Origin: Squalus acanthias
Lineage: Eukaryota
Assembly: GCA_030390025.1 (NCBI GenBank)
Contig: CM059432.1
Span: 108,502,001-108,566,000, forward strand
DNA: 64,000 nt
Reading direction: 5' to 3'
In this document: positions 24,598-36,529 of the stretch, in pieces
Layout: each line of letters starts with the position of its first letter
How positions within the stretch are numbered: position 1 is the first letter of the stretch
Made by a program: the position numbers and the translations under genes
Notes under the pieces: generated by a model
Seen by the model: only the letters and a program-made list of their open reading frames with translations
Database searches by the model: none
Told to the model about the DNA's origin: nothing

Positions 24598-27500
24598 CTA
24601 ATCACCGTTGTGCAGTCCCTTAGTGCTTGTCGTTCGGGTGCCTTTTCCTGTCCTAGTGTTCCTATGAAGTGCTCCCCCAATGGCTGCAGCATGGCTGGTG
24701 GAAGGCTGCTGAGTTTCCATTGGAGAGACTTCAGAGGGATGACCTTGAGCAGCTCTGGCCCTAGGATTCCCGGCTGCAGACTGCCCCACCTCGGCATGGG
24801 CGGCAGCAGTCTGGCTGACAGGCAGTGGCAAGGGCACTGGTGGAGTGGCAGTGGTGGGAACAGGAATGCTGTCATCCTGAGAGAGGACAGCAGGGTCCTG
24901 CTCCACAGACACACTGCCACGTTCACGGGGCAGCGCCTCAGCATTCCTAGCAATCTGTTGGAGCACAGATTGCTGGGCTGCTGGGACACCCTGCAAGCCC
25001 CGGTCGACAGTGGTAAACCAAGCCACGATGGCAGCAGTCTAAGCTTTGCTGGCATCAAGCTGAGATTTCATGAGAACGGTCTGAGCTTGGGTGGCATCAA
25101 GCGGAGACTGCAGCACTAAGACATTGGGTCGCTTTCACCTGTGCTGCACTGGCAGCCATGACATCATCCATCTCACGTGCCATCATGTCTGGGTCAACAT
25201 GGTCTCTCCTGGATATCTTGGGTTCCAAGCTCTGCACAGAGCTCCCTGCAATGATGGAAGTGGACTCCTCCACGCTCCTTGACCGTGACAAGAGACTCTC
25301 TGACAGGCCTGCCATTGCACCTAGCAATTCAATGTGCAAGCCCATCACCCTTCTTCTGAAGGCCACCCCATTGAGGTCCTCATTTGAGTCCTGTACAACA
25401 GAAATCGCCCTCAGGGGAGCTGGCCTCCAAGCTACCCTTTCCCCCTGGCCTTGTTGCCCAGTGCCTCAACCTGTGCAGATCCCACTCCTAGCCTAGCCTC
25501 TAAACTACGCGCAGTGCCAGTTTCTGAGCTGGTGTCTGTGACTTCTTCTTCTACCGCCTCGCTCTTGCATCACCTCAGGGACAGGCTGGTCCAGTGCTTG
25601 TTGTTGATTATCTGAAAGCATAAAGGCACAAGAGTCGGGTCATGGTGAGAGGAGGGCGGGGGGAAGCAAGATATGCATGCATACAGCACTAGTAACATGA
25701 AAGTGAGAAGAGATTGTGGGATGAGGGGAGAGTGGGATGAGTGGGATGTAAAAAGAAGGATTAGGAATGAGCATACCGTTGTTGTCCCCAAGGGGTTGAA
25801 CCTCGCCAGTTGCCATGGCTTCTATGATCTCCCGCCCAATGATGTCCAGCACACTCTCCTCCAGCTGGCTAAGGTCATGGATGTCAGCTTGCCCCCCACC
25901 TGTCTGCCGCTGCTCCTTCCGGTTATGTGCACCCTTGGCCTGCAAGAGAAAGAGAAGTGTGTGAGTGAGTGTGGTGCAATGTGTTTGGGTGATGTGTCAG
26001 TGAGTGTGGTGCAATGTGTTTGGGTGATGTGTGAGTGAGTGTGGTGCAATGTGTTTGGGTGATGTGTGAGTGAGTGTGGTGCAATGTGTTTGGGTGATGT
26101 GTGTCAGTGAGTGTGGTGCAATGTGTTTGGGTGAAGTGTCAGTGAGTGTGGTGCAATGTGTTTGGGTGAAGTGTGTCAGTGAGTGTGGTGCAATGTGTTT
26201 GGGTGATGTGTGTCAGTGAGTGTGGTGCAATGTGTTTGGGTGAAGTGTGTCAGTGAGTGTGGTGCAATGTGTTTGGGTGATGTGTGTCAGTGAGTGTGGT
26301 GCAATGTGTTTGGGTGAAGTGTGTCAGTGAGTGTGGTGCAATGTGTTTGGGTGATGTGTGTCAGTGAGTGTGGTGCAATGTGTTTGGGTGATGTGTCAGT
26401 GAGTGTGGTGCAATGTGTTTGGGTGAAGTGTGTCAGTGACTGTGGTGCAATGTGTTTGGGTGATGTGTGTGTCAGTGAGTGTGGTGCAATGTGTTTGGGT
26501 GAAGTGTGTGTCAGTGAGTGTGGTGCAATGTGTTTGGGTGAAGTGTGTGTCAGTGAGTGTGGTGCAATGTGTTTGGGTGATGTGTGAGTGAGTGTGGTGC
26601 AATGTGTTTGGGTGATGTGTGTCAGTGAGTGTGGTGCAATGTGTTTGGGTGATGTGTGAGTGAGTGTGGTGCAATGTGTTTGGGTGAAGTGTGTCAGTGA
26701 GTGCGGTGCAATGTGTTTGGGTGATGTGTGAGTGAGTGTGGTGCAATGTGTTTGGGTGAAGTGTGTCAGTGAGTGCGGTGCAATGTGTTTGGGTGATGTG
26801 TGAGTGAGTGTGGTGCAATGTGTTTGGGTGAAGTGTGTCAGTGAGTGTGGTGCAATGTGTTTGGGTGATGTGTGAGTGAGTGTGGTGCAATGTGTTTGGG
26901 TGAAGTGTGTGTCAGTGAGTGTGGTGCAATGTGTTTGGGTGATGTGTGTGAGTGAGTGTGGTGCAATGTGTTTGGGTGATGTGTGTGAGTGAGTGTGGTG
27001 CAATGTGTTTGGGTGAAGTGTCAGTGAGTGTGGTGCAATGTGTTTGGGTGATGTGTGAGTGAGTGTGGTGCAATGTGTTTGGGTGACGTGTCAGTGAGTG
27101 TGGTGCAATGTGTTTGGGTGAAGTGTGTCAGTGAGTGTGGTGCAATGTGTTTGGGTGATGTGTGTCAGTGAGTGTGGTGCAATGTGTTTGGGTGATGTGT
27201 GTCAGTGAGTGCGGTGCAATGTGTTTGGGTGACGTGTCAGTGAGTGTGGTGCAATGTGTTTGGGTGATGTGTCAGTGAGTGTGGTGCAATGTGTTTGGGT
27301 GTTGTGCCTGCCATAGTTGAATAGCTGTCAGTGTTTGCAAGGTGTGAGATGTGGGTGTGAGTGTTGCAGCAGTGGTAAGGTTGTGAGGGTGAAGTAAAGC
27401 TATGATTATGAGGTGTGAGTGTTGATAGGTGACTGCTGCAGGTGTGGGGCATTGAGCAGTGTGTGAGGCTTGTGGTGCAGATGGTGGGTTATGGCATTTG

Positions 27501-27760
27501 CTGAAGCCTTCACTCACCTTGACCTGCAATGTCAGGTCATTAAACTTCTTTCGGCACTGGATGGCCGACCTTGGCACCACAGTGCTGGCTGTGACATGGG
27601 CAGCTATCTCCTGCCACAGCCTTCGCGAGGTGTGTGGCGAGGGCTTCCTGCCAATTTGTGGGAAGAGGACAGCCCAGCTCCTCTCCACAGCCACAACCAA
27701 TACTTCAGGAGCCGCGTCGGAAAATCTGCGGGCTCTTTCCCTTTGATGTCGCTCCGCCAT
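24598..27760 (-). pseudogene. Harbinger ORF2 (Myb/SANT-like), 3 exons, copy B
   Basis: Exon 1 27760-27518 (RFSDAAPEVLV...LWQEIA...QCRKKFNDL), exon 2 25939-25777, exon 3 25611-24598 with deletions and frameshifts. Confidence 0.85.
25956..27300. repeat. Minisatellite, about 37 units of 35/37/39 bp
   Basis: Unit GTGAGTGTGGTGCAATGTGTTTGGGTGA(T/A)(GT)n(CA/GA); lies inside intron 1 of copy B ORF2. Confidence 0.97.
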
Positions 27761-28034
27761 GGCTTTGCAGAACCTTCTTCTTGCAGCTACAGTTCTGAGT
27801 GGCTTGACAATAAGAGCATCAGTGCACCTCCCCTTTAAGTACTGAATAAAGGCTGTGCCAAACATGACTGGGAATTAGACTGGACCCGATATTGGTCCAC
27901 CTGTTGAGTGTTAAGCCAATAAGCAGCCATTTTAGCTCTGAAATCAAGACTATAATCATGTTAATGAGGACTGAGCATGAATTTTGCTTGCTACCTAGAC
28001 CATTTTGAGGTGGCGCAGCTTAACATCGTTGGCC

Positions 28035-28946
28035 CTTAACACTGCCCGTTTCGTGGCCATATCCAATTCCTAACCCTATATGTGCTACTCTTCAATAATG
28101 TACACTGTGCACTAACCACAGTAATACAGACAAGCTCCAGTAATATACAATATGCATATTTTTACCCAATGATTTAATTAAAAAAATTGTTAATCTGCAA
28201 TGTCACATTATGTTAAATCTTCAGGTGAGAAATCATCAGCCAGAGGTAATTCCTCATCGCTCTGATATTTCAACTTTGCACTCATGTTGCCAATGAAACC
28301 AGAAAAGTTACCACAGCCAGCAAACCGCTTCTGAATAATGCAGATCTCACACATTTCTTTAGACCAGTCATTCCAACTAATATATTGGTAAAGTCCATCT
28401 TTGTTTCCAGTGATTAAATCAAAGCAGGAATTAACCACTGATAGACAGATTTCCCACCCAGACAACAAGCAGAATCTCCCTGCTCCTAGGAAACAAAAGT
28501 TACCAGTAAATGGCTGAGTAGTAAAATAAAAAAAATACAGGCATGAGTTACGGGCAGTAATTCCAACAATGGGTTTTGGAAACTGTTTCTCCACCATTAG
28601 TGGTCACAATATCATCAGAATTCTGTGATGAAATTCCTGTTTTTCACGTAACATTCTCAAATATTTAATGCTCTACATTCAAATGTTTATTTGAGTTAAT
28701 TTGCTTATTTAATGATGAACAAATGACAAGAATTATTTAACATTACACTGCACAAGAGGATATATTAAGCTCATGTCCTTAACCTACTGCCTATGGTTCT
28801 GGTTAGAATCATAACATCATACAGTACAGAAGGAGATCATTTGGCCCATTGTGCCTGTGCCGGCTCTTTGAAAGAGCTATCCCAATTCGTCCCTCTCGCC
28901 TTCTCTTTCCTCATAGCCCTGCAAAATTTTCCTTTTCAAGTATATA
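28035..28946 (-). repeat. Right arm of long inverted duplication
   Basis: Reverse complement of 9934-10027 joined to 11452-12264; lacks the CR1 at 10028-11451. Confidence 0.95.
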
Positions 28947-29172
28947 TTCAATTCCCTTTTGAAAGTCACGATTGAATCTGCTTCCACCACCCTTTCAGGC
29001 AATGCATAAATAAATTCTCCTCATCTCTGGCTATCGGCCCTTCTGCCAGTGGAAACTGTGTTTCCCTATCTATTCTATCAAAATCCTTCATAATTTTGAG
29101 CACCCTTACTAAATCTCCCCTTAACGCTCTCTGCTCCAATGAGAACAATCAGCTTCTCTAGTCTCTCCACAA
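28808..29172 (-). mobile_element. CR1 3' fragment (partly inside the duplicated arm)
   Basis: FSLEQRALRGDLVRVLKIMKDFDRID followed by CR1 3' UTR. Confidence 0.8.
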
Positions 29173-29179
29173 TGACAAC

Positions 29180-29600
29180 TGCACTGTTTCCTCAAGCATC
29201 ACAGTTCATCTCCTTGCCTACAGACAAACTCAGCACCTTGACAATGCTGTGCAATATTAGACTGGCAGGATTCCCGAAGATGCAGTGTTGTAACTTTTGC
29301 ACACTTATGGCACCTAGTGTTCAATTACAAAGTGCCGCTACCTACATGAATTGGCAAAGGGTCCACTCTCAATGTTCAGCTTGCCTGCAAATTAAATGCT
29401 TGCTTTGCCACACCTGTTACAAAGCTTTCATTTTAAGGCTGTCTACATTCCCATATTGGTAAACAGTCCTGTTTACATTTTTCTCCTGCTCGCCGTACAT
29501 ATGCTTCACCGAGGGCAACTTACAAACCTGACATTTACACTACCTGACGAAATTTGCTCCCAAATCTTGGCAAGATCACTGCCTTATACTTTACACTTGT
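29180..29600 (+). pseudogene. Very old Harbinger transposase remnant
   Basis: RLAGFPKMQ..CT...YMNWQRVHS resembles GFP..G.IDCTH...NRKG.HS. Confidence 0.45.
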
Positions 29601-30059
29601 TTGTGCAATGAACAACCGGGCTGTGGGAATGTGGAGTATGACTTCTACTATCCCTGGGTAAGGTGGGTAGGGCAAAACCCAGAAGGTTCTGGAGGGAGTG
29701 AGGGAGACAATAGACAAGGGGGTCAATTTAAACCCTGCCATGACGGGCGGGAGAGGGTCGGGGTAGGGGCGTTAAATCGTCAAATTCGTGAAACCCTAAC
29801 CTGTCGCGCACGTGCCTGTTTCCATTTTAACTGCAGCGGGTTTCAGGATGTCCGAGTAACCCACTCTGGAGAGGTGGGTCATAATTATAATATTTAAATG
29901 CAGCTCCTTTCATGGAATTTTGGCAGTAATTTGAAATTAACGCCTCTTGCACGGGTTCCTCGGGGTTTGGGAAACTCGTCAGTGAAACAGTGGTGAGATT
30001 GAACGGTACTTCATGGGGATGGTTAAAGGTCAGGAGTCCTGATATTTATAAAGGCTCAT

Positions 30060-30378
30060 TGTCCCCTGGCTGGGAAGTCTAAAACTAGGGGCCACAGTCT
30101 CAGAAGAAGGAGTCGGCCATTTAGGACTGAGATGAGGGGAAATTTCTTCACTCAAAGGGTTGTGAATCTTTGGAATTATCTACCCCAGAGGGCTGTGTCG
30201 TTGAGTATATTCAAGACAGATATCGATAGGTTTTTGGATATTAAGGAAATCAAGGGATATGGGGATAGTGCAGGAAGGTGAAGTTGAGGTAGAAGATCAG
30301 GCATCATCTTATTGAATGGTGGAGCAGGCTCGAGGAGCGGAATGGCCTACTCCTGCTCCTATTTCTTATGTTCTTATG
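30060..30378 (+). mobile_element. CR1 3' fragment
   Basis: FFTQRVVNLWN-type coding and TTCTTATG tail. Confidence 0.85.
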
Positions 30379-30439
30379 CTCACAGTTGCTTTCTCAGTTC
30401 CCTCTGGGAAATGGTTTGGTGAGAGCACTTGTTGTGAGG

Positions 30440-31668
30440 GACTTATTCCCGCAAATCCATGTTTGAATCCCTCCAATCAGGTTTTCGCCCCTGCCACAGT
30501 ACAGAAACGGCTCTCATCAAAGTCACAAATGACATCCTTTGTGACTGTGACAAAGGTAAACTTATTCCTCCCCGTCTTTCTTGACTTGTCTGCAGCCTTT
30601 GACACGGTTGACCATTCCATCCTTCTCCAACACATCGCCACCGTCCTCCAGTTGGGTGGGACTGCACTCACCTGGTTCCCTTCGCAACATCATCCAAAAA
30701 CACAGCGTCAGTTTCCACAAAAACGCTGACGACACCCAGCTCTACCTCACTACCACTTCTCTCGACCCCTCCACGGTCTCTAAATTGTAAGACTGCTTGT
30801 CCAACATCCATGAGCAGAAATTTTCAACAATTAAATATTGAGAAGACCGAAGCCATTGTTTTCGGTCCCCGCCACAAACTCCATTCCCTAGCCACTGACT
30901 CCATCCCTCTCCCTAACATCTGTCTGAGGCCGAACCACACTGTTCGCAACCATGGTGTCATATTTGACCCTGAAATGAGCATCCAATCACATATCTGCAG
31001 CCTAACTAAGACCGCCTATTTCCACCTGGGTAACATCGCCCGTCTCAACCCTTGCCTCAGCTCATCCACTGCTGAAACCCTCATCCATGTCTTTGTTACC
31101 TCTAGACTTGACTATTCCAATGCACTCCTGGCTGGCCTCCCACATTCTACCCTACGTAAACTTGAGGTCATCCAAAACTCGGCTGCCCATGTCCTAACTC
31201 ACACCATGTCCCGTACACCCATTATCCCTGCCTTCTCTGACCTACATTGGCTCCCGGTTAAGCAATGCATCGATTTCTCATCCTTGTTTTCAAATCCCTC
31301 CATGGCCTCACCCCTCCCTATCTCTGTAATCTCCTTCAGCCCCACAACCCTCCGAGATATCTGCGCTCCTTTAATTCTGCCCTCTTGAGCATCCCTGATT
31401 GTAATCGCTCAATCATTGGTGGCCGTGCCTTCTGTTGCTTAGGCCCTAAGCTCTGGAATTCCCTGCCTAAACCTCTCCGCATCTCTACCTCTCTTTCCTC
31501 CTTTAAGACAGTCCTTAAAACCTACCTGTGTGACCAAGCTTTTGGTCACCTGCCCTAATTTCTCCTTATGTGGCTCGGTGTCAAATTTTTTGTCTTATAA
31601 TACTCCTGTGAAGCGCCTTGGGACATTTTACGATGTTAAAGGCGCTATATAAATACAAATTGTTGTTA
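30440..31668 (+). mobile_element. L2 LINE 3' portion
   Basis: LDLSAAFDTVDHSILL, ADDTQLY, TSRLDYSNALL, LHWLPV motifs; tail AAAGGCGCTATATAAATAC. Confidence 0.9.
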
Positions 31669-32789
31669 TTTGTATAGTTTGGAGGTGTTGACATAGAAAG
31701 TATTAGGATGGGTGGTGCCATGGCTGCTTTTGATTGGACTTCAGATGAGGAAGACAGTCAGCATTCACAGCAGCAAGGGCAGGCTCTGGCGGGAGCTGTA
31801 GGTGGACAACAGAGAGGGGAGCAACAGAGGGGTCGAGTTCGCATGAGACACTACCCACCTACCAGGGTGTACAGACAGAGGCTCAGCTTCCTTGACTCTC
31901 GGAAGAGTAGTGCTTCCGAAAGCTGAGATTGTCATTTCAGGTGGTCACAGACATCTGCAGTCTACTAGAAGAAGACCTGCTCCCTGCTGGACCTGGCAGC
32001 CTGCATTACCAGTGGCTGTGAAAGTCACCACTCAATTTCTTTGCCTCTGGTTCCTTCCAGAACGATACTGGAGACATATCAAGGGTCTCCCAGTTGGCTG
32101 CACATAATTGCATTGGGCTGGGAGTGATGAAAACTTCCCCTGTAATGAGAATAGCCAGAATGAGTGGGCACATGGATTCGCGTCTCTGGTTGGCTTCCCA
32201 CAGACGCATGGTGCCATCGATTGCACACACGTGGCAAGGGAAGGTCTGGAGGGACCCTTCAGGATTCACCAGTAAGCGTCTCCAGTATAATTGTGGTGTG
32301 CTACCTTCTGCAAAACATAGTGCAGCAGCGAGGACTAGAGGTGCAGGAGGAACAAGCCGCTCAGCATTCTTCATCTGATGAGGATTCCAATTGCGAAGAA
32401 GAGGAAGATGGGGCCCCTAACGCCAGACCAGCTGATCACATTGCTGCTCGAGATGCTAGGGTTGCCCTAATAGCTCGAAGGTTCAGTTAGTCACTCACAC
32501 TGGACCAAAATAACTATCACATTTCCCCCCTCATCTTCCGGCCTTCCACTTACACAAAGCAGTCCTGTAACCAACCATCCACCCATTGCACATGCACCAA
32601 TTTGTCTCAGTGCACTCATATCTTCACATTCATCACCAAGCAACTGTAAACCTGAGTTGGCACTCGCCATGCAAGAATGGAAAAATGGAAAGTGGTGCAA
32701 ATTAATACTTGTTTTGTGAATTAAGAAATTAAAGATATTAACAAAACATTTTCCTAAACACCCATGTGCATACCCTCGGTGAACTCCAA

Positions 32790-33444
32790 GGGGTAAAAAT
32801 TGGGTAGCTAAAATTTGGGGCACTACCTTCGCGGGGGCGCTAATTTTAGCGCCCCTAAAAAGTTAGCACCCCCGCTGCCGATTTTCCCAGGTAGCGCCCC
32901 GATAGGGACGAGGGGCACTACTGGAAGCGCCCCGCGTCCCTATTGGGGCGCTGCAATCCAATATCACGGTGCTACTTGGCGCTGCAGCACGTCACACCGC
33001 GGTACTGCAGGCCTTCCTCCCCTTACTAAAAGGGAGGGACCTGGCGCAGCGCGTCCCAGTGCCCAGCTGGGCCACTAGGGATCGGGAGTGCCGGCAAATG
33101 AGCCCGGCACTCAAGAGGAGTGCTGGGCTCATGGAGAGCAGCCGGCACCCCACGGGGGGAATTCACGGGGGCCGGGGACAGCAACGGGGGCAGGTGCTGG
33201 CAGGCGGCCAGCAACAAAAATGGCCGCCCGCCACCTCCCCTTTAGCGCCGCCCCGGTCACAGGTAGGCCCCCCTGCCCCTGGTGGACATAGCGTCCGGCG
33301 GTAAGTCGGGGGGCACCACCCAATGTTACAGCCGGGGCGTGGGAGGTGTTAGTGGCACCACGCCCAGGCACTAGTTGATTTGCGTCCCGTTAGCGCCCTC
33401 TTAGGGCAGTAACGGGAGGCGCAAATCAACCAAATTTAGCCCCC
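32790..33444. mobile_element. Harbinger-type MITE (family 1), inverted relative to 155-854
   Basis: TIRs GGGGTAAAAATT / AATTTAGCCCCC, TSD CAA. Confidence 0.8.
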
Positions 33445-36111
33445 CAAAGCTTTTCTTTTGCTTTCCCTAGAACTCATACTTGGTGCAACTCCTGTGGCTT
33501 CAGTAGAGGTAGTGGCAGGCTGCTCCGATCCCTGCTCTGACTTTTGAGATGCTTGCGGCCCAGTCAAAGACTGCTTCACCTGCAGCTGTGCAGGTGCAGA
33601 CTGGGTCAGCAGGTGAGAGGCAGCATGTTGGGTACTGGTTGAGGGGGCGCAATGGGTGAGAGGTGGAAATGCTTTGAGAGAAGTTCCCACTTCCATGTCC
33701 CCTTTCGCCATCATCCCTCTCCTGGGCCAGTGGGACATCAGTCCTACCTTTCTGCGGGAGAGCAGCTTGGAGTAGATCAGTGACACTTTGTAAGGCCTTA
33801 CAGCACTGATGTCCGAGTCTCGCCATCTCCGATGCTTAGGATGCTGACATCCCACTTAGCTCCAGGGTGTTGCGCTTTGCATTTGTTAACTCCAAGATCT
33901 GTGGTGGCCCACCTCCAGTCCTCTCCCTTGTATTTTGTGCTCTTTTCTCCTGCAATGGGGCACGACAGACCTATGAGTGTCTGTAAGGCATGTGTGCATC
34001 CGATGGATGAAGTGCATTCGGTGAGGCTGACTATCAGGCAGATGCATTATGAGTGGCACTGACATGCATGTGAGGATGTGTTGACAGTGCTATTTGAGGA
34101 CGTGTGCTGAGAATCGGGTGATATCCAATTACATAAAGATTGGGGTGAGAAGCAGTGGAGGATGGAGGAAGGGGGAGCTGAGGAAATGCATTGAAACGAA
34201 CGATGGGTGCTGCTGAAATTTAAGTGGGTGTGAGGTGTGATGTGATGGAGTTTGCTTGACAAAACAGAATGAGGGGACGGGGTGCACTACAGGATGTAGG
34301 TGAATCTGCAACTGTGCTCAACTTTCCTGACCTGGTTAGGTCATTAAAACGCTTCCTGCACTGAATCCACATCCTGAGCACAACACTCCTGCTGCTCACC
34401 TCTTCAGCCACCTCCAGCCACACCTCCTTCGTTCTAGCAGCAGATTTTTTCCCCATTATTGGGAAGCCATTACACCAGTCTCGGCCTTATTGCACTCAGC
34501 AGCACGTCAAAGGATGCCTCATTAAAGTTAGGCGCAGCCTTTGCCTTTCCTGATTCTATTTCTCTCATAAAATTCACCCAACTCCTCCAAGTTCTATTCG
34601 TGCAATGGCCCTTTAAAGAGTCGATGTGAAATTGCGTCATGTGGTATGCACATCACGCCTGCTCACGCGCATTGGAGACGTGAAACCCAGAAGTAAAATT
34701 ATAATGACGCATCCATGTTGAAATCGGACATTCCCAGGTGTCCTACGAACTACCACATTTCACGACTGCTATCGCCCCCGCCCCACCTACTCAGATCCCG
34801 ACTCTGCATTAATATTGACCCTAAGGAGACAAAAAGTGAAGCGCTGTTGCAGTTATTAACCTGCACGATTGTTACTGATTGTTAATCACACTCAGTTCTA
34901 TATACATAATCATGTTTGGGGCATTTTCTGGAAGAAAGACCCAGTTATCTAGTGCTTACGTGAGCATTCACAATTGGCATCATATTTTAAATCTTCGAAC
35001 ACTGCGTGTGTGCTTATTGTTTTCTATCACACTGCTTGGCCTTGGTGACAGTGTGAAATATATCCTATTAACCCTAATCTGGTGCTTTGTCTAGAGACTA
35101 TCTCAGTGGCAGAAGTGTCTGAGGTAGTTGGATCAGGGTGTGTCAATAGAAGCCGGTTTTGGGTTGGCAATTGAGCTCCACTGATAGGCCTGTGGCACCT
35201 TGGGTACTGCATGTTTTCTGGCACAGACAGGCTTCAAAGGGGGCTGGCAGGAGGGCCTGGTTCACTGACATCCTGAGAGACACCACCAGCATCTGTGCCG
35301 ATTTCAGCCTCTGCTGCTGGACTCTGCTTCACAATGGCCAGTGATCAGCAGCAGATTGGTACCAATGCGATCAATGATGCCCTTCCCCAGGGTTTTCTCA
35401 AACTGACTCACAAACCAGTTGAAACTGGAGCAGATAACCACTTGCACTCTTGCTATTCCCACCGCCACCCCTCCCACCCCACCCCTGCACCCTGGCCTCT
35501 GTGAGCAATGTACGCATCCATCGACGGAGCACCAACAGTCTTTGGGGCCTCTGGCAGGGTGGGGGCACCACTGAAGATGTCTTTGGAGTTGCCACACGAT
35601 CCATGTTGGACTGCAGTCTTGGAAAGCCATCCTGTATGGTATTGCACATACGAGGCATCAGAGCCACCATTTAAAGCATACTACTTGCCATGGCCCCAGT
35701 GCTTTCAGCAAGGCTTCCTGCTCAGAAAGCATCCTTTTAAAAGCAGGAGCTGAGATCCAGCTCCCCAAGATCATCAGCTGAGGCACAAAACGAGGTGTTG
35801 TGCAACCACCACCAGTTGCTGCTCACTTGTACTATGTCCCACTCGGTGAGCTCCTCTCTAGCTTTCTCTCCCTCTCAAGTATCAGGTCAGGTACATCCAT
35901 CCTGGGGGATTTAGAGTGGGTTCTGTCTGCTACAAATGCTGGTGGTCGATGTACTGGGCCTGGCTCATCTTCCTTTGTCACATCCAGTTGAACACAGATT
36001 CTCTGGTGAGTATCCTTCACACACTGCTTTCAGAAGAAGGAATTGTTTGGTAAAGGACTTCAGTATATGCTTTTCTAGCAGTTACCGAATAAGAGAAAAG
36101 GTAGAACAGCA

Positions 36112-36295
36112 GAAAAAGAAAATAAAGACTTGCATTTATATAGTAGTATCTTTTAAGATGACCCAAAGTGCTTTACAGCCAATGAAGTACTTTTGAAGTG
36201 TAGTCACTGTCGTAATGTAGGAAACGCAGGAGCCAATTTGCGCTCAGCAAGCTCCCACAAACAGCAATGTGATAATGACCAGATAATCTGTTTTT
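36112..36295 (-). mobile_element. Deu-domain SINE 3' fragment
   Basis: Reverse complement of about 53590-53770. Confidence 0.8.
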
Positions 36296-36529
36296 GGTGG
36301 AGTTCTGCAGCTTGGAAGTCTGTCATCAGTCATGCATCTCTCCAGGTTGTATTGTGCTACATCGAATAGAAGTAGTGAGGTCAATTGTTGGGATGGCGTG
36401 CAGTAATACCAACGTTTTATTTTGCGGCTCATTGGTGTGTTGGTATGTACATGCAACAGTCAATTACATTGGGTGGGAGGATTATTTTCATGCAAGGATG
36501 TGAATTAAGCAACACTTTCAGGGGAAGGC

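Larger units (their letters stand above)
22801..28076. mobile_element. PIF/Harbinger transposon copy B (inverted relative to A)
   Basis: TIRs GGCCTAGAAATTCA / CCAATTCCTAACCC; convergent transposase and ORF2. Flanks ATG and TAT do not form a TSD. Confidence 0.9.
29718..34821. mobile_element. Decayed Harbinger copy E (hosts a CR1 fragment, an L2 and a MITE)
   Basis: Ends GGGTCAATTTAAA / TTAATATTGACCC. Transposase remnants at 31708-32490 (+; LPVAVKVT, GAIDCTH). Myb remnant at about 34220-34560 (-; WLEVAEEV...QCRKRFNDL). Confidence 0.6.

Noticed and set aside
25956..27300. CRISPR-like array or His/Thr-rich protein
   Set aside because: Head-to-tail units with no unique spacers, in a eukaryotic context; the ORFs are by-products of the repeat.
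11452..28848. Giant transposon (Maverick/Polinton-like) with ~800-bp TIRs
   Set aside because: No polymerase, integrase or capsid remnants and no outer TSD; the arm ends fall inside other repeats.
35050..36030. Additional Harbinger ORF2-like relic on the minus strand
   Set aside because: Only vague compositional resemblance, with no diagnostic motif or TIR I can support.
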